From Cenococcum geophilum (Eukaryota), in contig CP158635.1 of the NCBI GenBank assembly GCA_050273025.1, positions 496,001 through 560,000 on the forward strand: 64,000 nt of DNA, in the 5' to 3' direction. Shown here piece by piece: positions 39,592 through 52,328 of the stretch. Position 1 is the stretch's first letter. Each line of letters opens with the position of its first letter. The notes beneath the pieces were generated by a model. The model saw only the letters and a program-made list of their open reading frames with translations. It made no database searches and was not told where the DNA came from. The translations under genes and the position numbers were made by a program.

Positions 39592-42543
39592 ATGCCGCTA
39601 CCTCTACTACCTCTACTAGCTATACATATGTTAGCTAACCATAATTCTATTCTAAAGACACTCCAGTTTATTAAGAGGCTACGCGTAAAAAAGTTACTAT
39701 TGGTTATATAGCAGGCAGCGCAATTAGAGAATATAGCATTTTAATATAGAGTTGTAGACCTTTATCTTCGGCGAATTATTCTCTAAACTAGTCCGTTAGT
39801 TAAGAACTTTAAGCCGCGCTATAAGTAAGTGCATACCTTACGTTAGTTAATATTTAGAAAAGGCGATACCCTTCTAATTGCTTATATAGGCTTTAGTAAA
39901 AGCCTAATCTTCTATATATATACGGTTTTAACGGGTAAGATTACTATTTAGATTATTCCGCTTAATAAGCTAGGTAATAAGCAATTAGATAATATTAGGA
40001 AGATAGAAGAATATAACCTAGTTTTTATTAATACTAAAACCCGGAGTTAGGAGAAGGGACTAATTATTTAAATTTGGGAGGGAGTATATACTTATATTCT
40101 GCTTAATCCTAAATAGGCATTAACTAAGGCATTCTAGGATGCTCTAAAAGAACCGGAGTTGCAGTTATAAATTAGGCTAGTTGTAATTAATAAGTGCTAT
40201 CTTATTAAGGACTAGGAGAGCTTTTAACCGGCCTATATAATATTAGGCAAATTATAAATAATCCTCCGCTTAGATATAGTCTAGTTTACCTACTCTATAA
40301 CTTTTAATAAAAAGGTAGAAAGGCTAGTCCTATTAAAGGCCAGATTATAAATAGTTAGCCGTCATTTTTACCAGACTAAGATTATTAGGACCTCTATTAA
40401 TCGTCTAGATATATTAATATCTATCCACCCACTACCTAGGAAAAAGGTCGATTTATAAAAGCACCTATATTTCTTATTAGATAATTGCGTTAATAATAAT
40501 AAGAAGCCTACTTTGGAGATAATACTGAAGATAATAGTTTTTATTAATGGGCGATTGTCTATTTAGGCTGTAGCTATATACCTTCGGACTATATTGCTAT
40601 AAAAGGGGTATTTAATAAATACGGTAGATAAGACTATCTATATTAGTACTATAGTTTAGGAGTTTACTATAACCGTATAGAAGTATAACCGCACTTAGTA
40701 ATATACTAAGTTTAAAAAAGCTACATCTAGTATTAGAATTATAATAGCTATAACCTTACTTAGTATAGGTGTAAACGTCCCAGATATTAGGCGCGTAATT
40801 ATCTAAAAATTCCTATTATTAAGAGCTTAGCTAATATATAGTAGTAAATCGGTTAAGGCAGATAATAAAAGGATTACACTAGTATAGGATATATTTTCCT
40901 ACCATACTGGGTCTTTAACACGAAGGGGGGAGATATACTAAAAAGGAAACTACTACTACCTAAGGCGAAAGCACCTACTTAGGCGCCTTAAAGGGATCGT
41001 AACAGCTTACTAGCTAAGTATACCCGTAGTTAACTTATATAGAGCTTTACACCTAGTAATATTAGCGATACTAAGAGTATTACTAAGAGTATTGCTAAGA
41101 GTGTTACCTCTAAGAAATTAACCGTAAGCTATAATTCTATAGCTATAGCTACTAAAGAGGATAGCCATTTATTCTAAATAAGGGCTGAAATAGCAAAATA
41201 TAAGAAGTTACCGGTTAAGTAGAAAGAGATAGTAAACGGGGTATATTATTAGAAGGCCTTTCTTTCCTTTTTAGGAGAGGATAGGTTGCCACCGGCTATA
41301 CTATAGCGTGTTATTCGTGCCCCAGTAGATTAATGCTATAGTTATTATAACCCCTTACTTATACCTAAGCTTATATTACCCCCTATAGCTCTAGCGCCGC
41401 TTTATTAACTATGGGCCAGTATATAGTCTACTGTTATATTAGAGTTTCTTAATATATAGACAGCCGAGCAGGCTAAATTAATATACTCCAGCCTATACTA
41501 ATAATTCCCTATACTATTAGCGGCGTTTTTAGGCGAGGAGTCCGCTAGTAGCTTTTATACTTATTCTATAGGGACATAACTAACGCCTTTTAGGATAAAA
41601 TTACAGCCAAATCTCTAGAAATTGCGGGGCCCTTACTTATCTTATAGTAGTATCGTAAGGCCTACGGCAGCTAATTAGTTAAGTAGCTAAAGGGTATAGT
41701 TAAGCCAGTTAGATTAGCTAATAAAGAGGCTCTAGTAAAGAAGCGGTAAGTAAAGGCTGCTTAATGGACTAAGGACTCTAAGGGCGAGGTTTTATTAGCA
41801 CGTTAGTTACTAGAATTATTTATACTAAAAGAGTACGCAGTACACGTCTAGAGGTGGGATAATAGCCTTACTATATAGGTTATTAGACGAGAGGCTGTAT
41901 AGGGTATAGTAAAATAAAGCGTAGTAAATGGGCTGTTTTTACTATTTAGAACCTGGGTTACTAGTAGAATAGATAGGTCTGGCCTATTGTCTATATTACT
42001 AGGTATCCTATATAGTGTTAAACGCGTGGCCTAGGTACTTAAAGAGGTCCAAAGGCTAATTTTAAGGTTAATAATGCTAATAACGCCATATGTTACGTCT
42101 GTGGAGGGGAGCTATAATATTAATACGCCCGGCTTTTAGGATCCCGTAATTCTAGACTTTTAAAAGGTTACTACTTCTAATTTATAGAATACTATAATTT
42201 CTAACTCCTAAGGTATAGTCGTTCTTAATTTACAGCTAGCTATTGTCCTAGATTTGCAGGTAAATACTATCCTTAATTCTTAACCTATAGATATAGCTGC
42301 TACCTAGCCGTATATAGCCTTAGTATTAGGAGCTATCTTTATGCTATTTTAGAAAAGACAAGGTAATACCTAAGGGGATTTACTTACTAAACGTTAGACA
42401 GCCTTATAGGAACGGGATAGAAATACGGATATAGTACCGCGGGAAAGAGATATAACTATAGATGTAGTGCTTGTATTTACCCCAAGAATAAGGGCTAGGC
42501 GTATTAGGAAGGTAACGCTAAAGGGAGAAGAAAACTTCTTAAT
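39592..42543 (+). pseudogene. RIP-degenerate RecQ-family helicase of the AcademH; ends approximate
   Basis: GDTLLIAYIGFSKSLIF (from TGFGKS) at ~39862; IIPLNKL; LVVINKCYLIKD*ESF*PAY (from DECH..W..FRPAY) at ~40178; IIIAITLLSIGVNVPDIRRV (motif V) at ~40740; intron ~39826-39858. Confidence 0.85.
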
Positions 42544-45500
42544 AGAGCCGTAGATAGATAGGCCACTTAGCGCGACCTAATTAGCTAATAAGTTTATATA
42601 AGTTAACGTAAGGATCCTGGAATGTAGATAGGGCATATAGTAGAGGTAGAAAGTAAGTAGTTAAACCCTAAATCAGCTGCCCTAATTAGCTAATAAGTTT
42701 ATATAAGTTAGTATAGGGATCCTAAAGTATAACTAAGGCGTATAGTAGACGTAGGAAGTAGGGAGTAAGCAGTTATATCCTAAGTCGGCCGCTCTAATTA
42801 GCTAATAAGTTTGTATAAGTTGGCGCGGGGATTTTATTATAAATAGGAAATATAAATAAGCTATTAGTTCCTACTATAGTATACTAATTAACCTATAGGG
42901 CGTTCTAATTAGCTAATAAGTTTATATAAGTTACTAAAGGGAGTGCTAGGGATATTATAAGGCCTATATAAGGAGGTAAAGATCTATTTTAGCGTGAAGT
43001 AATTAGTCTATAAGATTGCATATATTAGGTTAGGTCTAGCGCCTTAGCTTATTAATAGTAAAGTAAGTCCTATAATAGACCTTTACTTCTTTTTCTCTTC
43101 CTCTTTAGATACTTACGGTACTATAATTTTTTTAAAAGCCTCTAATATGTCTCTTACTACCTAGGTACTTATATATCTACTAAACTTCCCGCTTTAGGAG
43201 GAGCAAATCCTCCTCCTTACCGCTACTCTTTTACGCGGCTAACTAAGATTAGGGACTATCCGGCGTCCTCTATAAGTATTATCCTATTTAGTTCTTAACT
43301 ATTTAAGCGTCCTAAGGAGTTAGGGATTATCTTAAGGAGCTGGGAGACGGGTAGCTATACTTCCTTCTATTTAGTAGACCTATATACTAATATTCTTCTT
43401 AGTCCTCCTCCTCGCCCGCGCCGCCCTCGCCTACGCGTCCTCCCCTCTTCTTCTCCTCTTCTACCTCCCGCCCCCCTTTTTACGCCTACCGCCCCCGCTA
43501 CGCCTACTAGCCCTATTACGCCCACCTTTCCCCTTAGCGGCGATAATAATAATAATAATAATAATGGTATAGTCGGCCTCGCTGGGTATATATACTATAA
43601 TGCCTATTATATTAATTATTAGCTTATATATATATAGACCTATAACTTAGCCGCCTACCCCTGCCGCTAGCGCTACTTTAGGTCTTCCCTTTCCTCTTAC
43701 CTAAGTAGGCTTCTATACCGCCTAATTTGCTAACTAGCCGCGCCTGCCTTAGAATTAGTAACTTTAGGGCAAGACTATAGATAGCTATACTGCCGTCCGC
43801 TAGAGTAAGTAGTAGTTATCTCTCTAGACGGCTAACGGTAAGAGAAACCTCTTTTATATTAGGAGGATTATAAAAACGGAGCTAGGTAAGCAGCTTTATA
43901 ATAAGGATTAGTGCCTAGCTTACTAGGAGGGTAGCTAAAAGTGCTAGGTTTACTCTAGGGTAGGTACCTAGTAGGTGTATAAGCCTAGGGACGCTTATGC
44001 CCGCTATTATATAAGGGCCCGCCCTAGTAGATACTCTATCTTAAAGCGGGCTAAGCCTAAGCCTTAGTAGGTATTACTAGCTCCGCCCCTATAGCCCCTA
44101 TTACTAAAGGGACCGTAACTACCTTCGCCTAGAGCTAGGGGTATAGGGTTAATAGTATAGGGGATAAGGGGGTAGGATTTAGTGTAGTATAGCGTATCTT
44201 TAGACTCCCTTTACGGGGAAGGCTTTAACCTTGTTTTGGTAAAAGCTAGTATTTTAAAAGGGTTTAACTATAAGGCTCCTTATAGGTAAGCTTTAACCTT
44301 ATCTAGTTAGTTTAGATCTTATATAGGTAAAGAAGCTAGTATCTTAGGCGGGCCCAACTGTAGGCGTTATAAGCCCTATAGGTTAGGACATGTGGACTTA
44401 GCCTCTATCCCTAAAGAGAGTAGGCTTAATAGGCCTTTACTCTAGCGGAGTAAAAGGAAAATAATAAGTAAGTATAGTAGGCCTCTGCTTAGTGGAGGAT
44501 TAGGTAAGTAAGTACGGCGGGCCTTTACTTTAAATGGATAGTAAATAGGTAAGTAAGTATAGTGGGCCTTTATTTATAGTAGAAGTGGAGTAAGTATAGT
44601 GGGCCTCTGCTTTAAATAGATAGTAGATAGGTAAGTAAGTATAGTAGGCCTCTGCTCTAGGTAGAACGAATTTACTTTCTTATTTTACTATTAACCTACT
44701 ACTCTAATAGCGTAATATAATTGCATCTATTACTAACGCATAAAATTATAGATGGAGGCTAGTATGCAGTTACTATACGTAGGTAATAGCCTCTACTTTT
44801 AGCGGGGGTCTGTTAATATAAGCTGCTACTACTCTAGATACCCCTAAACTCTTATAAACTTATATAAACTTATTAGCCAATTAGGATAAAGCTAGGGGCT
44901 TAAGGATATTATCGCAGCTTAAGCAGAGGCCCTATATTAAGATGTCTTTTATAGGTACTAGCTATTACTCCTATTAAGTTCCGCTAATATAGGCCTCTAA
45001 ATATCTCCTAAACTTATATAAACTTATATAAACTTATTAGCTAATTAGGGTAAAGTAGGGGGTTTTAGGTTAAGATATATTGTCTAGCTAATAGCTTCTA
45101 CCCCTTATAGATAATAGCTTTTAGCCTTTATTAGGGCCTATTAATATAGGCTCTAGCCCCTAATATAGTAAACCCCTAAATAGCGGGCTCTAATTAGCTA
45201 ATAAGTTTATAAGAATTTAGGAGATATCTAGGTCTAGGGGTAGGCTAAAAAGAAAGAAAAATTTAGGAGCTATTAGGAATGGGGTTAGTAACCTAGGAGT
45301 CTAGCCTCGCCCTAATTAGCTAATAAGTTTATATAAGTTTAGGAGATATCTAGACTAAGTCTTTTAGCCTAGCTTACGCTTTAGATTATCTACCCTTAGG
45401 TTTATATCCTAAAGCTAAACCTATACATTTTAAGCTCTAAGAAGCGGTAATACCTATATTATTAATTTAAAGTGCTATAGGATAATATAGCTTATTTAGT

Positions 45501-45659
45501 ATAGACTAGTATAGGGCGATTGTTTAATATAATTAAGGCTATATATAGGGCTGGGGTAGAGGGGCCTTATAGGGTAAGGGAGAGGGAAACTCGTAGGGCG
45601 AACTAGAGAGGAAAGCTGCGCTTTAATTAGCTAATAAGTTTGTATAAGTACCCCTAAGT

Positions 45660-48650
45660 TTATAGGCTACTTAAAGCCTCCTAGCCAGCAGAAGGCATAT
45701 TGGAAGTAAGATTTAGTTCCTTTACGTTATCTATCCCGTCTCTAATAACGTTAATAAAGTCTTATATATCTATAAAGCTAGCTAGGTCCTCTATATCTAA
45801 AGGAGGATAAAAGGTAGTAACTAAACGCGGACCCTAAATATAAACCTAGTTAAACTTATTAACCTTCCTTACTAAAACTTCTACTTTAGTGCTAAAAATA
45901 TTATAAGAATTAAATAGGCGTAGGCCTACTAGCTGTGCTTATTGCCGTAGTATAGCTAGGTTACTAAAATAGAGATTCCGAGTAAGTATAAATATATTAA
46001 GGTCCGCCTTTACCCGTATATAGACACCTAATATCTCCTTACTAAATATATATTCTATCTTACTACGCAATATTCTAACTATTGTATTTAATAAGTATAC
46101 TTAATTAAATATAATATCTATATCGTAGGTAGAATTCTTATAGCACTTTATCTTGATTTTATAGCTTTTATTTAAGTACTCTAGCCCAAAATTAATAGCC
46201 TTATACTTGTCTAGAGCTCTAAACCAGTTTATTAACCTAGAGAATAGGATTATATACTAAAGTTTAGGCGAATTAACTAACGTAAGATTCTACTAATAGA
46301 ATAGCATCTCTTAACCGTAATTATGCTGCGACGTGCCGAAGAAGAATATAATAAGGGGGTTAATAAGCCGCCGTAGTATACCTATATTGGTATGCTTAAT
46401 AATATGCTAAATAGTAAGTAAAAGCTTAACCTCTTAAAGCATGTAACACATTGTCTAAAACTTAATATTATTATACTTCGCGCCCGTCTACGTATTCTAA
46501 GAAAAGGCGTTACACTAAATCTTATTAATGATGTCTAGGAACTACTTAGGCGTAAGGCAGCCGATGGCCCAGGTAGCGTCTTTAATACACTTAGGGGAAG
46601 ACGGGTTAGATAGGGTGTTTAGATTAAACGGCTTAGATAAATCGGGCATACTAATTCTAAAGCCTTAACGCTGTATAGTAGTATAAAAGAGAGTAGTTAT
46701 ACGCGCTATAAAACCCCGTTTAATAATAGGTACTAACTTATAGTATTTAGCATTCTCTTATATAATTATAGAGCAATTTTATAGCGTTATATTAGACTAT
46801 AGAGAGTAATAAGCCTCCTTTTACTTATCCTTAGGCGCAAAGTGTGTACGCATAAGAGTATTATATAGATTTATCTTAATATAGAACTATATAGGTATAC
46901 TAAGCAGCCAGTCCTAATGGTTAAAAGGGCGGCTAGTATAAATCTATTTTTATTTTACCGACCTAATATAATACATAGTAAGCTAGTCACTATAGGCAAG
47001 CCAGAGCTGCTTAGTAAAATTATTAGGAGTAGTGCTGTTATAAGGGTTATCTAGAGCCTGGAGACTAAGCTAATTAAGGAAAATGCTTTTATAGACGCTA
47101 TAGGTACCTTAGATAGTACTTTTATCCTCTATAATAGTACTAAACTGCTAAAACCTAGTCTTCCTATTGCTAATATATTGTATATTTAGTATTTAAGGGA
47201 AAAGATTACTCTCTTTAAAGATACACTCTACACTAGTAAGGTAAACCCCCTTTATTGCATTAGCAATAAGGTAATGGCTAATCTATAGTAATAACTTATT
47301 GCTAAAGCCGGAAGAGCGGTAGATGTCCTTAATATTTAGTAGGATAGTTAGATTATATATTAACTAATATAGCCCTAACAGAGGCAGTTTAAGACAGTAA
47401 ATAATAGTAGTAGTTATTAAGGAGTGTATAACAGACGTATAACTAAGTAGCTTATCGCGCTTTATATCCTTAAAATTTATATTATTATATATAATAACTA
47501 TTTAGGGGTTATGCGCTAGCGTTGTAAGATACCTTTATAGATGTTAGCCTCTAGCTAGCTAGTAGTCTATAGAGGCCATACTAATTGGCTTATAAGTTTA
47601 TAAAAGTTTATATAAGTTTAGCTAAGAGGCCGGGGTTAATAGATATACAGTGCTAATATAAAAACTAATATACCTTTACCTCTTCGGCAATACTACCTAT
47701 AGTATAATTTGCAGAATAATAACTATAGTATAATCTAAAGCTAGCTAACGTTTTAAACACCTTCCTTTTTATACTAAAGCCTATAAGATATATATCCACT
47801 ATTAAAGAAAGGAAATTAGACTAGTTTTTAGCCTAAGAGAAATAAATTATACTAGTAATAGCATATGCCCACTTTACTAGCGTATCCTAGCTATTTACCT
47901 TCTAGCCCTCCGCCTTTTAATTGCTATAACTAGCCCTATACGCCCGCTAATTGCTAAATAGTTATATTAAGGTTGTATACTATCTTAGGGTAGTATCCTG
48001 TATAGAGCGGAAGGCGACGTTAAAATCTAAGTCTTTAATTCTTAACGTTTTATTAAACGTGGTAAAATATAGTTCCTAAATAAGGCGATTTAGCTCCGTA
48101 GTATATAACTTTATTTATATATATAGGATATTACTTAGCTATGGGTCTCTTATAACTATATCTAATAGAGCCTAATACCGCTGCCTAATATAACTATACT
48201 AATAGTACTTAATTATAATTCCCTTCTCCCCTATGTTATCTGCCCTAACCTAAGTAGATAGGAACTAAGCGAAGCTCTAACCCTCTTTTTTTAACGTGTT
48301 AACTACAGCTTATAACCTCCGTGCGTACTTTCCCTACTTTCTATAACGCCTTAATAAAGGCTTAGGCGCCTTATTCTTATTACTACCTGTCTAGTTATCG
48401 CCTATATTATTGTTATTATTACTATTAGAGGGCTTAAATAGCTTAGTAATATTTTCTAACTAGCTAGAGAGGCTAGAAATAGAGGGGGGATAGCTAGGGG
48501 TGTTTTGGTTAGAGTGATACCCATTTAGGGCACGGCTGGGCTTTATTATGGATAGATTCTGTAAAGTAAGAGGAGGGCTTTTAAATAGAGGTATTAGCGA
48601 GTTAAGCGGTAGTATATTAGGGGGCGATATACCGCGTTAAAGGCGATATA
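45660..48650 (-). pseudogene. RIP-degenerate Academ transposase (DUF6589-type); ends approximate
   Basis: IYNNINF (from YDN.NF) ~47480; DKSTI*GT; LWLAYSD*LT (from HGDQLT) ~46990; *FYIKIN (from WFH..MN); FFGTSQHNYG*EML ~46320; LINW....KAINFGLEYLN (from VN..G...K.IDL.LEHLN) ~46200. Confidence 0.8.
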
Positions 48651-49239
48651 ACCGTCGTCTACTAGGTAGGCTGGTCTGCCTTTATAAATCGCGCCTATTT
48701 TCCCTTAGACTGTAACGGAACCTTATAGTAAGAACTATAGTAGGTCCTGTTATTAGGCTAGGTGTATAGGAAATGCAAGTATAAAAGTTAATAACGTAAT
48801 AATAACTAGTGGAGTAGTTGCCTAATAGATTAACTCTAATTGTATTCTAAGAATTACTATAAGGAAGGAACTATCTAGGTAGGGACTAAGGGTCCTTAAA
48901 TATACAACCGTACTCCTAAGAAATCCTTCTTGTACGTGATATACGTGTACTCTATCTGCTCTGTTATAGATTATATAGATCCTATAGATTATATAAATTA
49001 CCCTACGTGACCTTAGTTACTATTCCTCGTTATATAGCTCTATTGGCTCTATTCTAGACCGTGCCTAAATTAACTAACTAGCTTCTTCCAACTCTTCCCT
49101 AAGTAGTCGTAATATTATACTTAAAGCGTCCGTAATACCATCTCCCTCCTCTTAATCTTTGTCCTTAAAGATTCTAAATATCTTTAAGTTATTTACTAGA
49201 GGTATAATATCCGTCTAATTAATTTGGTTAATATTATTG

Positions 49240-49950
49240 CTTATTATACCTAAAGCAATTTCTTCTTCTTTAACTGCTTGTCGTACTCGCACTATTACTG
49301 CGATATTATCTTTTAGTGAGATTATACCATCTCTATATTCTCGCTGTTTGAAAGAGGGGTTGGTCTGTGTTGCGTTAGCGAACCCATCTTTGTGATAACT
49401 ATCCTCTTGCTTAGAGTGCACTAAAGTGAATATTTATTTGTCCTATAACGTTTGCTCTGTCTCTAATGCTAAATATACGTAACCTATTACTTTTAATAGT
49501 TGTCTAGTTCTCTAATTAATTTATTTTAGGGTCTTATATTTAATCTACTGCTATACGGCTTAATAATAAACTGTCTGTTACTCTTACTAAATTGCGTTGT
49601 TCTTAGGACGCTAAATGGGAGGTAGCCGATGCTTAGCAACGGGCCCTTAAGTCTCGTCTAGCGGCGTCCGCTTAACTAATCCGTCTTAAGAAGGTGTATA
49701 AAAAGGTTTGTTTTAAGGAGTGGAAACTTATAAAATAAGGTTTATAGGAACTTGGCGATAAAAGAATGGATTCTCTTCTAATAGAGAAGGAAATAGATCT
49801 AAGTACTTCGGCAACTGCTCTTCTTAGGTCCCCCTTAGGTAACTTATTTTTTAGCGATCCTTTTTTATTAATACTGCCTAACCTAATCTCTTCTAATACT
49901 CCTATACCTTTTTTATAGCGTTCTTTAAATTTTCTAGTGGCTCCTAGGTA
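49240..49950 (+). pseudogene. Antisense, probably spliced Cys-rich ORF in the 3' region of Gypsy A
   Basis: PSLYSRCLKEGLVCVALANPS...SSCLECTKVNIYLSYNV (six-Cys pattern after RIP reversal), candidate intron ~49475-49529, then a coiled-coil-like stretch. Confidence 0.55.
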
Positions 49951-52088
49951 GTCTTAGTATAGCCTATCTACTTTACCTTATACTATATTTCGTCCTTAAT
50001 GTCCTTATAGTTAACAATCTTTAAAACTTACTATTTGTCTTCTTCCTACCCTCTATATATGTCTGCTTTATAGGCTAATAGCCTAATATTCCTATATGCT
50101 GGCTCTAGCATTATAATGTGCTGTATAGGGTAGATCTTTATTTTAGCTAGTAGGTTTAACTTAAACGTGACCAGTAAAATCTTTTACGTAATTTTAAAAG
50201 GTCCTAGTCTAACGTAGTCCAATTTCTTACTTAGTTGTTAACTCTTAAAATTTTTGTATAGTAGCTATACTTTATCTCCCTCCTTAAGATCTGGTCCCTT
50301 AGATCTCTTAGTATTATAGTACCTTTTTATTTTTTTTTGTACTTTCTTTACTAATTCTATAAGGTCTATATAAAGATTTATTAATATCTTTATTTTTTCT
50401 TTAGCTATACTACTTGTTTTCTTCGCTTATTATAGTAATAATAATATTCTTAACTTATATCCGTAATTTACCTTAAATAGTAATATGCCTATTCCTTTTT
50501 AAGGTGTTATATTATACGTAAACTGTATAACTGGTAATAGTAATACCTAATTATTCTATATATGATTAATATAATGCCTTAGATACTATTCTAGTGTTTA
50601 ATTTAATCTTTCCGTCTAACTGTCTGTCTGCGGATAGTATATAGTGGAAGTTGCTACTTAAACTCCTTACTTTGCTAAGAATACCTTTTAGAATGCTACT
50701 ACAAATCTTAGATCTCTATCCGATATAATCTTGCTTAATACTCTATGTCTTATAAATACTTCTTTAATATAGATTCTAGCGACATCTTTTACTAATATCT
50801 CTTCTGTATAGGCTATAAAGTATCCCTACTTTGTAAGCTTATCTACTATTACTAAGATCGCGTTGTGATCTTATCCGGTAATAGGGTCTCTTAATTTTAG
50901 TAACTTAACGATAAAGTCCTATAATATGACCTCCTATAGTCTCTTTAGTATTTTAATAGGTTATAGCCCTCTATATGGCTTATGCCTTATTAGTTTATTT
51001 CTTTAGTAATTTAGACACTCCTTTATAACCTTCCTGGCTATCCTCTAGATTCTATTAATAATGTACTCCTTTTAGAGTCTTAATACTAAGCCCGTAGCTC
51101 CGTTGTGTCCTTAAGTTAATCCCTTATAGAATTCTTCTATAAATTGCTCTGCTATGCTTCTTAGGATGTACTTTACTTCTTAATTTTTATATATATCCGT
51201 TTATAGATCTTCTAGCTATACTTCTAGAATCCTTTATTCCTAAAAGTTCTCTAGTGACTTATAAACCTTATTTAACTTATTATCTTCCTAAGTTGCTATG
51301 ATTTTTGGATAATTATACCTAATTAATCCGTTTATATCTTTTCGTAGTAAAGCCCCTAATGGCTTTTCATCGTTCTATAGTTTAGCTTTGCGGCTTAGAG
51401 CATCTACCTATATATTATCTATACCCTTAGTATACTAAATCTTAAAATAGTATTCTGTAAGCATCTCTGCCTATCTAACCTGTCTTTAGTTAAGTTCCTT
51501 TATTATTAGGAATCCTATTAGGTTCTTATAATCCGTCTTAACTATAAATGGTTTCTCTGTGCCTTATAAAAATACTCTCTATTTCTTTAGTGCTATAACT
51601 ATACCTAATAACTCCTTATTATAGATGTTATAGTTTAACTTTAGTGGTGTTATCCTTTAACTATAGTATGCCACTAGGTGCTATCTATTTTAATACCTTT
51701 ATATAAAGTATACCCCTAGTATATAATCTAATGCATCCGTTTCTACAACCGTTTCTAGTCCTAGTTAATAAATTTTAAAAACTGGCTCCTAGGTAAACAA
51801 CTCTTTAATTTTCTTAAAGAGTTTTTGCTATTCCTCTCCCTATACCCATAGTTCTTCTTTCTTTATTAATCGCGTAAGTGGCTTAATATCCTTTAACTAC
51901 TGCGCTATAAACCTCCTATAGTAATTGCAAAACCTTAAAAACGATCTTAACTGCGTAACGTTCTCTAGTTCTTACTAATTCACTATAGCCTTAATCTTTT
52001 TTAGATCTATACTAAGTTGGCCTAGTTTAATAATAAATCTAATAAAATCGGTCTTCCTAGTAAAGAACTCGCATTTCTTAATTGCTAC

Positions 52089-52328
52089 TGTGGGAGGGTA
52101 CGACCACTCTCAGATAGGAAAGTCACAGTGCTGTCTGTCTGTCGGTCGGTCGGTCGGTCGGTCGGTCGGTCGTCAGTCGTAATCAATCAGTAGGAAAGCA
52201 GTCAGTAAGAAGAAAGGAAAGAATGTATTTTCGGTAGGTTCTGATGTGTAAGAAGGAGGGAAGCCGAAGGCTTGATATATACAGGAAAATGCCAAGGTAC
52301 TAGGCGTAAGCCATTTTACCCCACCACA
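52089..52328 (-). mobile_element. Solo LTR inserted in the RT of Gypsy A
   Basis: TG...CA ends, 4-bp TSD CTAC, homologous to 19379-19620, little RIP. Confidence 0.9.
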
